IMG/VR virus record: IMGVR_UViG_3300036398_003294
Coordinates: 1-64,000 of that record
Origin: a virus
DNA: 64,000 nt
Direction: 5' to 3' (one strand)
A program made the translations under genes and the position numbers. Of the stretch, positions 10,958 to 21,837 are shown piece after piece; position 1 is the first letter of the stretch; each line of letters begins with the position of its first letter. The notes below the pieces were generated by a model. The model was not told where the DNA came from and searched no databases. It saw only the letters and a list, made by a program, of their open reading frames with translations.

Positions 10958-13852
10958 TTACTCCATCATCAATCTGTTTTTAGTGTTGTAGATACTTGCA
11001 ATTGTGTAATTACTACCTAAAGTAATCTTATTCTCACTATCCAATTCTGCATACCTACTGATCAAAACTAAAAGCATTTCACCTTTTCTAAAATAAGATG
11101 TGTTCGCTTTCGCTTTGCATAATAAAGGCAATACATTTTTATGACTTACTTCACTTGAAAATGGTGATGTATAAGTGACAGGTAAATATCCTGTTGCACC
11201 TTGATAAATCGTATTGCCTTGTGAATCTGTTGTCTTGCTAGTAAAAGTCAAATCTGTATTAATATCTATAGGCATGAAGTTATTAAGATTTAACATACCT
11301 GCATTAATATTAAAGTCACTGATAGAAACCTGTGCATTTGCTCTTAAATCCCATTCGTCTATGTCAAAATCACTATGGATACCTACCATGTCACTTGCAC
11401 TTGAATATGGATAAGATATACTTAAACTGCCTTTGCTCGTTTGGATAGCATACATAGATTTAGAAATATAAATAGGCTCAACTTCAATTGTTAAACCTGA
11501 TGGAATTGTGGTTTGAGATGCTAGGTATCTATAATAGACCATCGTTCTAGCTTTGTTTGCTAGTAAAGGATAATATTTTAAGCTAACTAAGGTTTGACCT
11601 GCATTTGTTAAAGCATTGACCAAAACACTAGCATCTGATTTATTGTAATCAGATGTATTAAGCACATTTGAAAAACCTGCACCAACCTCTTGATCTTCAT
11701 ACTGCACAAAATAAGTAATGCCATCACCATAAAATTTAAAAGGTGTTTGGATTTCAGTAGGTGATTTACTAACAAGATCTATGGTCTGTTCTTTTTTAAC
11801 ATATTCTAAAGCAATTTCTCTATTCGTATCATTAAACGATGCTAAGACACCTGCCTCAAATTCTGAAAAGAAAAGACTTGATTCGTTAATAACACTACCA
11901 TGTGGATAAATGCTTGTATCAGGATTTAACAAAATAGGTGTTGCTCTTAATCCATTGCCTTCTGGATAACATAAAGCAAGTTCAATAAAGATATTTCTAG
12001 GACTGCCTACATCACCATCAGTAGTATTGCCAACCATTTGATAATTACTTGTAGCAGATAGACCACCATTTACAGTGAAGTCATTTTTATCTAAGATAAG
12101 AGAAACCTTTGTAGCAGAAATGAACTCAATTTTCTTAAATTGGATATTTTGACTAACTGCTGTAGTAGTATGTCCATCATCATGCCATGCTCTTAAAACA
12201 TCAATGATCTTTGTACCTGCAGGGAATGAATCGGTAACAGGATTTGGAAAGCCTACATTATAATAATTAGCGAAGTCTAAAATAATCTCATCATTTTCAT
12301 ACCATTTAAATGTACCTACAACTTTATCTACATAAGCGAAAGCTGTTGGATCATCATCTGAAATGGTTATTGTTGCGATTACTTTTTCTACATTTGGATA
12401 ACTTGTAAATCTTCTTCTAAGACCATCTACATATCCGATCAAATTGCCATAGGTATTTGGTTGAGTAAAACCATAATATTCAATCGCATCACAAACCAAA
12501 GGCTGTGTACTGCGATCACCATCTGTACTTTGATTGCCTATATAAAATCTATTTCTACCATCTTTTTGAACAGTCTTAATGTTATTGTCTAAAAGATATT
12601 GTGTTTGCTCTGTTAATAGCTTTTCACTATCTAAGATCTCAATTACTTTCTTTCTTAGATCTGTAACATCTACATCAGCTATTAAATCAGCAAATAAACC
12701 ATCAGGTCTATCACTTATGCCTGCAGGAATAACAATAGGGTCAAGATCTAACCAAGTAGCAGTAGAGCCTGTATGTGTAGATAATAAAGCACCATTAGGA
12801 TTAATGGGATTGAAACCACCACTATTTCTACGATTGACAAAACAAATAGGCAAACCATAAACATAGCCATCTACAGTACCTAAAGCAGTAGCAGATGCTT
12901 GGTTACCTGTGCCTGCAATCCATAAACCATTATCTGTTGAACTTGCACTAAAAGAATAAGAAGTAGGTGATCCATTAGTGCCTTGTGCTTTAACATTAGT
13001 AGTATCAGAAAAGCCATCTTGATAGGTATCTACTGCAAAGTTATTTACTGTTCGGAAACGATATTGATATTGGATTCTTTTAGTAGACTCTGCATTTAAA
13101 GTAGTATCGTAAATATCATCATTTAACCATGAGCCTGTTAAAGATTGCACATTACCATAAATGTAAATCTTATTATTCGCAGGGATATTTAAACCACTTG
13201 ATTCACCTGTAGCTGGTGTGACAGTAATAGCAAGAGATGTAGTACTAATAGAAACAGTAGTGTCTAAAGTTAAGAAAATAAAATCTGTACCTTTGCTATC
13301 TGAACTGATTACATTAGATAAGCCACTTAAAGCAGTAGCAATATTTAAAGCAGTGACATATTTATCAGCACCTAAAACAAAATCCACACCACAAGTGATT
13401 GTATCTGTACCAATGGTAATCGTATCACCATTAATAACATTATCACCTATTCTTAATCTAGCATTAGGTAAAGTAGCTGGACTAACCAATGCTTTCCAAA
13501 TCTCTAAGAAGACAAAGGTGGTGGATTTTTGAGTAGCTGGTGGACTAGATAAAGAGATTTGATTTGAGCCTGAATTGTCATTCGCATAAGCAATTCGGAT
13601 AACTTTATTATTAACACGGACATCAAAAGCATTTAAAGTTAAGGTGTTTGGTGTAGTGTCAAAAACATAGTCATCAAAAATATCTTTTTTATTTGAGATG
13701 ATGCCACTAGGTTTGGAATTGACTAGACTAATATCTTGAACTAAGTTTAATTCACTATCAAGTAAAGGTTTGCCTGTTTGAAAGACAACACTTTCATAAT
13801 TCGTTAAACTCGGATCAAGATTTCTTGATGTAGTAGTAATATATTTTGTCAT
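10958..13852 (-). CDS. Tail/baseplate-associated structural protein, paralogue of 2649..7841
   Basis: Shared blocks: FQTGKPLLDSELN, VFLEIWKALV, ESTKRIQYQYR, VDGYVYGLPICFVNRRN, RPDGLFADLI. Confidence 0.7.
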   Translation of the reverse strand: MTKYITTTSRNLDPSLTNYESVVFQTGKPLLDSELNLVQDISLVNSKPSGIISNKKDIFDDYVFDTTPNTLTLNAFDVRVNNKVIRIAYANDNSGSNQISLSSPPATQKSTTFVFLEIWKALVSPATLPNARLRIGDNVINGDTITIGTDTITCGVDFVLGADKYVTALNIATALSGLSNVISSDSKGTDFIFLTLDTTVSISTTSLAITVTPATGESSGLNIPANNKIYIYGNVQSLTGSWLNDDIYDTTLNAESTKRIQYQYRFRTVNNFAVDTYQDGFSDTTNVKAQGTNGSPTSYSFSASSTDNGLWIAGTGNQASATALGTVDGYVYGLPICFVNRRNSGGFNPINPNGALLSTHTGSTATWLDLDPIVIPAGISDRPDGLFADLIADVDVTDLRKKVIEILDSEKLLTEQTQYLLDNNIKTVQKDGRNRFYIGNQSTDGDRSTQPLVCDAIEYYGFTQPNTYGNLIGYVDGLRRRFTSYPNVEKVIATITISDDDPTAFAYVDKVVGTFKWYENDEIILDFANYYNVGFPNPVTDSFPAGTKIIDVLRAWHDDGHTTTAVSQNIQFKKIEFISATKVSLILDKNDFTVNGGLSATSNYQMVGNTTDGDVGSPRNIFIELALCYPEGNGLRATPILLNPDTSIYPHGSVINESSLFFSEFEAGVLASFNDTNREIALEYVKKEQTIDLVSKSPTEIQTPFKFYGDGITYFVQYEDQEVGAGFSNVLNTSDYNKSDASVLVNALTNAGQTLVSLKYYPLLANKARTMVYYRYLASQTTIPSGLTIEVEPIYISKSMYAIQTSKGSLSISYPYSSASDMVGIHSDFDIDEWDLRANAQVSISDFNINAGMLNLNNFMPIDINTDLTFTSKTTDSQGNTIYQGATGYLPVTYTSPFSSEVSHKNVLPLLCKAKANTSYFRKGEMLLVLISRYAELDSENKITLGSNYTIASIYNTKNRLMME

Positions 13853-13868
13853 TTTACTTATCTACCTT

Positions 13869-14492
13869 TTAAAAAGTCAATCGCCAAGTGATTGCCAAAA
13901 CAGAATTTGAAGGTTTATTGATCACAGGGAATGTTAGATAATTAATGAGAATGTCATAATTGGTAACATTCAAAGTAGTATCATAATCAGGAAAACTAAC
14001 AGGATCACCACTACCATCTAATAAAGGTGTTGTTACTAAAGGATCTGCATCATAAGGACTAACCAATCCCATTTCATTTAAAGCACCTACTGCTTCACCT
14101 TCATTATAAACTGTTGTAAAGTCCACAACATTTGTAGGTATTGTACTGACTGCAAATGTTGTAGGATTTCGAAATAAAACAGATGCAAATTCTTTACGAG
14201 CAATTTCCGTGTTTAATCTTCTTTGTCTTTGATCTGCAACACTTGGTACTAAACTTGTGCCTGTTGCACCTGTGCCTACTGCTAACATAGTAATAGGTGA
14301 TCGAGTTGGATATAAGCCTGAAAAGAGAATAGATGCGAGTAAGCTACCATCTAAAGTATAAACATTATCTACTTTAATCTCTTTATCATCTAGCTTAATA
14401 AACACTTCACCTTTTACACGATATGTATTCTCATTAAATCCAAATCCAAAAGCTACAGAACTTTGTGGTCTTTTAATATTTTCACTAATCAT
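13869..14492 (-). CDS. Baseplate/tail-fibre attachment protein
   Basis: AVGTG...LNTEIARK...EAVGALNEMGL...TFPVINK...ITWRLTF, typical of myophage tail-collar/fibre N-terminal domains; follows wedge genes. Confidence 0.7.
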   Translation of the reverse strand: MISENIKRPQSSVAFGFGFNENTYRVKGEVFIKLDDKEIKVDNVYTLDGSLLASILFSGLYPTRSPITMLAVGTGATGTSLVPSVADQRQRRLNTEIARKEFASVLFRNPTTFAVSTIPTNVVDFTTVYNEGEAVGALNEMGLVSPYDADPLVTTPLLDGSGDPVSFPDYDTTLNVTNYDILINYLTFPVINKPSNSVLAITWRLTF

Positions 14493-14509
14493 TTTTTCTT
14501 ATCCATCCT

Positions 14510-16891
14510 TTAAAGTGATATGAGTATTATTTCAACACTTGCAGTTCCATCATATATAACTTGAGTGTTATTATTTAATACATATTGCTCAAGATTTAAG
14601 ATGCCATTATTTAACAGAAATGGTGCATTATTTACTCCACTGCCTTTAAATACAGGACAAACATCTTCAAAAACAAAGGTTTGCTCCAAGCCTATCCATT
14701 CATCTTTAAAAAAACTAAACTCACTAGCTAAACCATTATTATCTGTTATCGTATCTTTAATTTTAGTTTGTCTTGGTTTTTCAGGTGAACTTGCATTGCC
14801 TAATGGATTTGCCATAAATTCATCTACATTAAAGGCAACTTGCTTAACAATATTCTTAAATGGTATCATGCCTTCATTTAAGTCATCAGGTCTAAACCAA
14901 TCACCACTTTGACTTACTGAACGATTTGTTAAGCATACAACATCGATCATCGTACCATTTGCTATGCCTGTAAAGATTAAACTATTGCCATTTACTTTAT
15001 ATGAAGTGACATTTGTTAATCCTTGCTTAACAGATATGATTTGTTTCACATGAAAAGGTAAAGTAATTTTGTTATCTAAAACTGCAACACTTGCAGTAGC
15101 AGGTGAAAGCACTCTATGCACAGCATTAATGACATTATATCTGTTTAGCTTACTCTTAGAATTTAAAAGCAGAGAGGTGTTATTAAGAGCATCTGTATTA
15201 CTATGTGCATAAAAAGATCTCATCCATTCTTTTACTAAAGGATATTTAGTCTTATGGTGGAATAAAACCTGTCCATTTCTTTTCTCAATTCTATTCGCAG
15301 GCAAAAGATTTGTTGTTGGTCTTTGGTTTCTAGGTCTATAGGAATTAAGCACAAAGCTAGTATCATTTAAAGCAGTAAAACACACTTGATCTGTTTCATC
15401 ATAAGGATAAGTGATTTCAATTTCAGTAACAGAAGTTATTAAAGAAACGACACGAGTAAATGGATTATACTCTTGGATCTCAACACTGCTAATAAAATCA
15501 CTAGGTAAAATAGGCATACCATAAATCGTATATGGTGTAGAAAAAGGCAAAGTGAATTGACTTGTCAAATATGGAAAGGTTTGAGAATATGTTTTATATC
15601 TTAAAGGTCTAGTCTTAAAAGAGGATTGAGTATTTTCTATCAGATATAAATTAGCTGTGGTTGCAGTCAAAGGTCTATCTAAAGTAAAAACCTGTGCAGA
15701 TAATTTATAGGTATATGGATTTACCTTTAAGATGAAATAAGCTGATGCACCTATTAAGACTAATTCACCTTCTTGCATTTCATATGTAGTAGATACAGGC
15801 ACAGGTACAATTAAACAATGATTTACAATATCACCTGTGCCTGTAAGTTGAAGTCTTGGTACAGAATAAGTAACATTTGAAATATCATCAGCTAAGACAG
15901 TATTAATAGCAACAATCTTTCTCTCTTGATTATTGACACGGATACGATCATTTATTTTAAAACCACTGTCATAAACTCTTAAAAATTTAGAGTTTGCTGT
16001 TGTGTATCCATAAACACTAGATAAATAAATGCCTTGATCTGTCTTTCTCAAATCCTCTTGAAACATAAGACCAGCTGTCAATGAGAAATCAAATGTAGGT
16101 TTATTGACAAGTTCTTTAAATAAAGTGCTTGGTCTGTTGCCTATATTGACATGAGCAGGTTTAGTTTTTAAGAGTAGCTTATATAGGTTGTCTTGCAGTG
16201 TAATAACATCCTGTTGAAAACCATAAAAGACTTCGTGGATATGTCCACTAGCAGTTTGGACGATGCCATCTAAAACATCATGTTGGTGTAGATCATCACC
16301 CCATTTATATCCTATTGGTGCAGATGTTTTACCTAAACCTAAAATAGGTGCATATACATAATGTTTATGTCCATTGACTTCTGTTGTCAAAGCATAAGAT
16401 GAGATAAGACAGTCAATAAGGAAAGCACCAATTTCATTAATCTCAACAAGACTATTTGGTTGAATTTTATTAAGAAGATCAATAATAGCTTTACCTGTAC
16501 TGCCTTGTAATAATGCTTGGATGAGATTTAAGATAGTATTTCTTAATTCAGTTTCATTATTAAAAGAAGGTCTATCTACTGCTTTGGGAAAAAGTAGTCC
16601 ATAAAGTCTATCATTAAAAAATTCAGGTCTTATTTGGGAATAATCTACTTCATTCACAAGGTCTAAGCAATCAAGTAAAAGACTAGAAAGAGTTCTACCA
16701 ACACCTTCATATAAAATTCTGTTATTGCTACCATATTCAGAAAGATAATTAGATGCTAAAGAACCTGAAAGAGCATTAGCATAAGCGACTACAAGTGAAT
16801 CCTGCAATGATTTTTTTTCTTCACTTTTACTGCCTATAGGATCAGTATTAGCAATTGGGAAATCAGGATAAAAAGGAATTTTATCACTCAT
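14510..16891 (-). CDS. Baseplate wedge protein (P2 gpI / T4 gp7-like N-terminus)
   Basis: LLQGST...LLKTKPAH signature; directly after the baseplate J-like gene. Confidence 0.65.
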   Translation of the reverse strand: MSDKIPFYPDFPIANTDPIGSKSEEKKSLQDSLVVAYANALSGSLASNYLSEYGSNNRILYEGVGRTLSSLLLDCLDLVNEVDYSQIRPEFFNDRLYGLLFPKAVDRPSFNNETELRNTILNLIQALLQGSTGKAIIDLLNKIQPNSLVEINEIGAFLIDCLISSYALTTEVNGHKHYVYAPILGLGKTSAPIGYKWGDDLHQHDVLDGIVQTASGHIHEVFYGFQQDVITLQDNLYKLLLKTKPAHVNIGNRPSTLFKELVNKPTFDFSLTAGLMFQEDLRKTDQGIYLSSVYGYTTANSKFLRVYDSGFKINDRIRVNNQERKIVAINTVLADDISNVTYSVPRLQLTGTGDIVNHCLIVPVPVSTTYEMQEGELVLIGASAYFILKVNPYTYKLSAQVFTLDRPLTATTANLYLIENTQSSFKTRPLRYKTYSQTFPYLTSQFTLPFSTPYTIYGMPILPSDFISSVEIQEYNPFTRVVSLITSVTEIEITYPYDETDQVCFTALNDTSFVLNSYRPRNQRPTTNLLPANRIEKRNGQVLFHHKTKYPLVKEWMRSFYAHSNTDALNNTSLLLNSKSKLNRYNVINAVHRVLSPATASVAVLDNKITLPFHVKQIISVKQGLTNVTSYKVNGNSLIFTGIANGTMIDVVCLTNRSVSQSGDWFRPDDLNEGMIPFKNIVKQVAFNVDEFMANPLGNASSPEKPRQTKIKDTITDNNGLASEFSFFKDEWIGLEQTFVFEDVCPVFKGSGVNNAPFLLNNGILNLEQYVLNNNTQVIYDGTASVEIILISL

Positions 16892-16896
16892 GTTTT

Positions 16897-19800
16897 TTAC
16901 TCTGCTCTGTAAGTGAAGTTTAAGTTGCCAACAGTGAAATAAGAAAATGGATTTAAAGATAAGTTATTAACAAATCCTAAACCATCTGCTGTTTGGTAGT
17001 TTACATGAAATGTATATTCACTTGGTGATTTACCTACAGGCAAAGCAACAAGGATTTTATTTTTACTATTTGCAATAGGATTGCCACCTATGACAAGATC
17101 TGCATTACCTATAATGCACACACTATTTGGAGTATTTCCTAAAGTAGTGACAAGCGATTGGGAAACAAGATTAAATTCTAAACCATTGCCATAGACACGA
17201 CCAAGTTCACCACCATTGGTAGATACAGGTTGTGATAGATTTACATCTATAAGCCATGCGATTGCAACACCTGTGGTTAAAGCTACGATTTGAGTATATG
17301 AGTTATTAGGTATAATTTCTTCTCGAATGACAGGTGTATTTACTGAAAAAGATAATTGAGTTAAAGGCAAGTCTATAAAAGCAACACCATCTGCATTATC
17401 CAGCACTCTTACTACATCACTCACTCTTAGATTAGATCCTAGATTGAGATAAGAAATATAATTTTGTAGATTGTTTCTAATAGCAAGATCAATTTGGCTG
17501 ACTTGATATCCTTTACGAACAACAATATTTGCTTTTACATCTACAGGACAGGGGATACATTCTTTAACAAGAATATCAGCAGTAAGGTGCTTAGCTATAT
17601 TGATTTGAGATTGGACATTTTGTAGTACTTGATTATAGGTATATGTGACTTCAAGATTTAAGAGATAGCTATAATTGACTTTGACTGCTACATTTTCAGG
17701 GATGGTGGAATTAGAAGTTCTAGTTAAAGTAGTATATCCATCATCAGTAGTTTCAATAATGAAATCAGGATTTTCTTCAAAAGAAGAATTATAGAAAGTA
17801 AAACCTGTTTCACCATCACCACTAGAATCAAGTCTAAGTTGGATGCTTAAAGCATCCACACCTTTTTTAGTCAATTGGTATGGATAAAAACCTATAAAGC
17901 TAAACACTTCTGAAGTGGAATAAAAATCAGAAGTGATCACACCATTATTGATTAAAATATTATCTTTAGCTTTAGTGGAATAACCTTCAAGTAAAGGATC
18001 TTGTGTTTTCTTAAACAAGTAATCAGTGCCTTGTGCATATTCTACATTATTTTCATCTATTAAAGAAGTGATGCTTTCAACAGGCTGTCTAGTAAGATAA
18101 ATGATTTCACTAATATTTTCTTGCCAATCACCAATGATAACATCCGTGATATTGTAATCAGGTTGGGATAAGCTAGTGTCTAAGATAACAATATTATCAT
18201 CTGTGATGGAATGGTTAGTGAGATCAAACCATTGACCTGTAGTGGCATTTTTTAAGCCATAACCTAGTGTTTGGTTATCAATCATTTTATAAAGAGTAGC
18301 AGAGAGATCACCTAATTTAAATTGGTAGATGCCTTCAGCAATGGGAATGAAAAGACTATCTTTATGAGTTTGGAAATTTGGAGCATATAAATCAGTAGCA
18401 GTAGCTAAAGATACACCACGAATCCATACATCGACTTTACCATCACCTCTAAATTGATAAGGTGATTCAGCACCTGCGATAAAAACTTCAGTAACACCAG
18501 CTGTAGCACTAGCTAATCTTTCAATACCTGATTTAGTGCCTGTATCTACACTAGCAAGAGTATTAATAGATCTTGAACTTAAATCTAAATTTGATTCTAC
18601 TTCTGAGCCACCAAAGGTAGGATTTTCATTATTAACAGAAAGACCATTAATAGAAGAGTTTCTAATTTGATTACTAGTGACATTACCTGCAATACCTATA
18701 TTTAATGCTTGGACAGGTACATAAACTGCATATCTATCTTTAACAGGATCATAATAAGAAGACAAAGTATCTGTGGAAATTCTAGCAAATTGAGTAGTTT
18801 GAAAAGGAATACTACCAGCATAGATTGTTGTATATGCAGGAATATTAATTGTTCTAGTAGGAGCAGTCTTAACAAAAAAGACAACTTCACCAATTGCACG
18901 AGTACCTAATCTTCTTTTAATGCCAAAATTATATGCAAGTTTATCAAAGGCTGAATCAATAACAGCTTGAACTCTATTTTGTTCACTAAAGAAAAGTGCT
19001 TGACCAAGAGCAGTTTTATAATTTGAGTTATTGACTGCGATACTTTTACCTGTATTTCTAGGATCATCAATAGCAAGTAAAGTAGTAAAAGACATAGCAC
19101 GGTAAGTGAAGTCTAATAAGAATCTTGCTCTTTCCATTTCATTGACAAAAGGATCAATAATGACATCTCTTGTAACTGAGCCCGGGTTGACTAAAGCATC
19201 AGGTTGTAATTTATGGATAGTGGTGATCATATCTGTGGTTAAGGTTTGACGACTAACCACAGGCAAAGAAACATTAGATTGGTTAATATTGACAGGCTTG
19301 CCTACAACTTCTAAAGAGTATGCACTTTCAATTTCAGTACCATCCACAACTTTAACAGCAGTGGCAACATAGTAAAGCACATTTTCATTAGATAGAGATG
19401 CGAAAGCACCTATTTGGATAGTAGGTGGAGTAGAATTTTGAGTAGCTTGTCTATTATGTTTAAAGACGATTTCAGTTTGGATATCAATGGAAGATAGGTT
19501 AGCAGTAAGTCTTAATCGTTTAACAGATTCAGTGACTTCACTATTAAAAATAACATCACTAGCAAGGTTGGTTGAGCCATCAGTTTGGATAAAGTTTAAT
19601 TTAGCATATAGTGGATCAGCAGTTTCTGTATTTGCATTAAAGGTTTCATCTGCAATGGTAGTAAGAACTTCTTTGCCTATGCCATAGCTAATAGGATCTA
19701 AAGGTTCAAAGTTAATTTTTTGATAACCATTGATGCCACCACCACTAGAAACACTAGCATACAAGTTATAATATTTGATTTCATTATCTGTATGTTGGAA

Positions 19801-20181
19801 TTTAATAAGAACATCTTGAGCAAGTCTTTCGATATAGATGCCTTGAGGTTGAGCAGGTGGTTGGTAGAGGTTAACGATAGGTTGGATAACATTAAGATAA
19901 AAGGTTTCACTAATAGAAAGACTAAGAATGAGATTGTTATTACCATTATAAAGGATAAGACCATCAGGACTAAGAGCAGGATTAGGAAAGGTAAAGTAAT
20001 CACCATCAAAGAAAATATCTGCACCTGTGTAGGTTTGGTTTTCGATAGTGATGGAAAGATTACTAGGATCATCAGTAATGCCTTTAATAAAGATAGCTTT
20101 TTGAGTGGTGGAATAGGTAGCAGGACTATCTAATAAAGAACCACTAGGTGAAATAATTTGGATCATTTTTTTATCTTTCAA
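16897..20181 (-). CDS. Baseplate J-like wedge protein (extended)
   Basis: PGSVTRD, FGIKR...AIGEVVF, GIAGNV...I, GGSEVES..L..R, G.VDVWI, YI..LNLG..L..SDVV. Confidence 0.85.
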   Translation of the reverse strand: MKDKKMIQIISPSGSLLDSPATYSTTQKAIFIKGITDDPSNLSITIENQTYTGADIFFDGDYFTFPNPALSPDGLILYNGNNNLILSLSISETFYLNVIQPIVNLYQPPAQPQGIYIERLAQDVLIKFQHTDNEIKYYNLYASVSSGGGINGYQKINFEPLDPISYGIGKEVLTTIADETFNANTETADPLYAKLNFIQTDGSTNLASDVIFNSEVTESVKRLRLTANLSSIDIQTEIVFKHNRQATQNSTPPTIQIGAFASLSNENVLYYVATAVKVVDGTEIESAYSLEVVGKPVNINQSNVSLPVVSRQTLTTDMITTIHKLQPDALVNPGSVTRDVIIDPFVNEMERARFLLDFTYRAMSFTTLLAIDDPRNTGKSIAVNNSNYKTALGQALFFSEQNRVQAVIDSAFDKLAYNFGIKRRLGTRAIGEVVFFVKTAPTRTINIPAYTTIYAGSIPFQTTQFARISTDTLSSYYDPVKDRYAVYVPVQALNIGIAGNVTSNQIRNSSINGLSVNNENPTFGGSEVESNLDLSSRSINTLASVDTGTKSGIERLASATAGVTEVFIAGAESPYQFRGDGKVDVWIRGVSLATATDLYAPNFQTHKDSLFIPIAEGIYQFKLGDLSATLYKMIDNQTLGYGLKNATTGQWFDLTNHSITDDNIVILDTSLSQPDYNITDVIIGDWQENISEIIYLTRQPVESITSLIDENNVEYAQGTDYLFKKTQDPLLEGYSTKAKDNILINNGVITSDFYSTSEVFSFIGFYPYQLTKKGVDALSIQLRLDSSGDGETGFTFYNSSFEENPDFIIETTDDGYTTLTRTSNSTIPENVAVKVNYSYLLNLEVTYTYNQVLQNVQSQINIAKHLTADILVKECIPCPVDVKANIVVRKGYQVSQIDLAIRNNLQNYISYLNLGSNLRVSDVVRVLDNADGVAFIDLPLTQLSFSVNTPVIREEIIPNNSYTQIVALTTGVAIAWLIDVNLSQPVSTNGGELGRVYGNGLEFNLVSQSLVTTLGNTPNSVCIIGNADLVIGGNPIANSKNKILVALPVGKSPSEYTFHVNYQTADGLGFVNNLSLNPFSYFTVGNLNFTYRAE

Positions 20182-21206
20182 TTGGTTAAGTCAATAGAAC
20201 CGGGGACTGCAAACACAATGTTAATTTCAACAGGTGTATTTGCTCTGCTAACAAGACTAATATCAACAAGGTAGGCATTATTAGTATTGGCAACTTGTTG
20301 CACATCAATTTTCCGAACAGATGCGATTTGTTCTTCTAAAGATAGCTTTTGTATTTTACCAACTTGATTTTGAATATTGATATGTTGATTAAGAGCCTGT
20401 CTAACAGATTCTTGTATGCTAAGTTTAGCAAGGTTATCTTGTTTAGCACCTACAAAATCAAAAGCATTAGTACCATACCAAGAGTGTTGAGGATTAGAAT
20501 TAATTTTAGTAAGGCAAACTTTAGCAACTTGCTGGTAAAGAAGATCATGTTTCTCTACTTGTTTAATTTCACCATACTCATTAAATCTAAGATCATTTTC
20601 GATACCTGTGCTACTGCATCGATTACAATAATTCTTTTCTGTTGTATATGAAACAAGGTAATTGCCTTTAACATTTTCATTAAAGCGAATGAAATATCCT
20701 AAGCCATCATCTCTTTTAAATAATTTCCAACCTGTATGTAATAACTTTCCTTGTGCTTTAAATTTCTCATAAGTAAATCCGAACTTATTTAAATCACCTT
20801 GTAATTCTAATCTCGAAGATAAACCTGTGGACTTATCTTTTATTTGAATAGATTGGTTTACTAGATTGACTTCTACCTTATTCATAGGCAGTGATGCAGT
20901 AAGTGTCTTTTGAATTTGTGTTGCAGACAAAAGACCTGTATCAAATTTAATAGGATAAGATACATTTTGATAAACAAAATTGTAGTTTGGATTGAGGATT
21001 TTATATGGAGCATTAGCAGGGAAGATAATTTCAGCAGATGAATAAAGACCTTCTTGATTTATGGTTATATTATTTTTAGTGATGGTGAAAAGACTAGAAC
21101 CATTGATAGGTGATCTAGTGACAACATCAGTAATATTATCTAAAGTGTAGGATTCAAACCTAATATAGTGTGGACATAGGTGTGAAACATGAATGTCTTT
21201 ACTCAT
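20178..21206 (-). CDS. Baseplate protein with C-terminal gp25/GpW-like domain
   Basis: LLYQQVAKVCLT...NPQHSWYGT gp25-like motif preceded by CNRCSSTG; first gene of baseplate operon. Confidence 0.7.
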   Translation of the reverse strand: MSKDIHVSHLCPHYIRFESYTLDNITDVVTRSPINGSSLFTITKNNITINQEGLYSSAEIIFPANAPYKILNPNYNFVYQNVSYPIKFDTGLLSATQIQKTLTASLPMNKVEVNLVNQSIQIKDKSTGLSSRLELQGDLNKFGFTYEKFKAQGKLLHTGWKLFKRDDGLGYFIRFNENVKGNYLVSYTTEKNYCNRCSSTGIENDLRFNEYGEIKQVEKHDLLYQQVAKVCLTKINSNPQHSWYGTNAFDFVGAKQDNLAKLSIQESVRQALNQHINIQNQVGKIQKLSLEEQIASVRKIDVQQVANTNNAYLVDISLVSRANTPVEINIVFAVPGSIDLTN

Positions 21207-21272
21207 TTCTATATATGCCTTTCTTGTCTATCATATAAAGAGTATATATATTTAAAAAAAACTTTTAAAAAG

Positions 21273-21301
21273 TTGCAATCAAAGCTAATCGGTAAGTGTT
21301 T
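21273..21301 (+). promoter_or_regulatory. Conserved cassette motif, copy 2
   Basis: TTGCAAT-caaa-GC-taatcgg-TAAGTGTTT. Confidence 0.8.
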
Positions 21302-21357
21302 TATTACCATAGGTATGTAGGTAATGAACAAAAAACTCAAACAAAGGATGTCATCAA

Positions 21358-21600
21358 ATGATGAATGAACTTGTAAATCTCTGTAATACAAATGAAAATC
21401 TTGGCACTAGATACCATTGGTATCAAGAAAATGGTGTTATGTACTTTCTAGGTTTTGGTCTTAAAGGCTCTTTTACTTTCAATGAAAAAACTTTTGAGTA
21501 TGAACTTGTGCTTGATAACAAAGTACTTGCTAAAGATCAAATTGAAGAAAGTGATGACATTGCATATAGTTGTATGAGAGCAATTAGAAAAGAAATCTAA
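21358..21600 (+). CDS. Small hypothetical protein (motif-headed cassette)
   Basis: 80 aa, RBS AAGGA, downstream of motif copy 2. Confidence 0.75.
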   Translation: MMNELVNLCNTNENLGTRYHWYQENGVMYFLGFGLKGSFTFNEKTFEYELVLDNKVLAKDQIEESDDIAYSCMRAIRKEI

Positions 21601-21603
21601 GTC

Positions 21604-21753
21604 ATGCAGTCAATATTAAATGATGTATATGCTTTGCTATATACTTGTAAAAGTTATCAAATAAGAACAGAAGTAGAATCTGTTCTTGTTAAAAACAAAC
21701 TCAACATAAAAATCCTAACTGCCTTAAAGACAAAACTCTTAAAGCATCAATAA
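21604..21753 (+). CDS. Possible 49-aa hypothetical protein (not in ORF track)
   Basis: ATG 21604 to TAA 21753 (MQSILNDVYALL...LLKHQ) fills the gap between 21600 and motif copy 3; weak RBS. Confidence 0.4.
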   Translation: MQSILNDVYALLYTCKSYQIRTEVESVLVKNKLNIKILTALKTKLLKHQ

Positions 21754-21769
21754 AAGTTTTTTTTGAGAG

Positions 21770-21798
21770 TTGCAATAGAAGCTAATCCACAAGTGTTT
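21770..21798 (+). promoter_or_regulatory. Conserved cassette motif, copy 3
   Basis: TTGCAAT-agaa-GC-taatcca-CAAGTGTTT. Confidence 0.8.
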
Positions 21799-21837
21799 TA
21801 TTACTGTAGGAAACTTAACAAAACATGGAGTAAAAAA

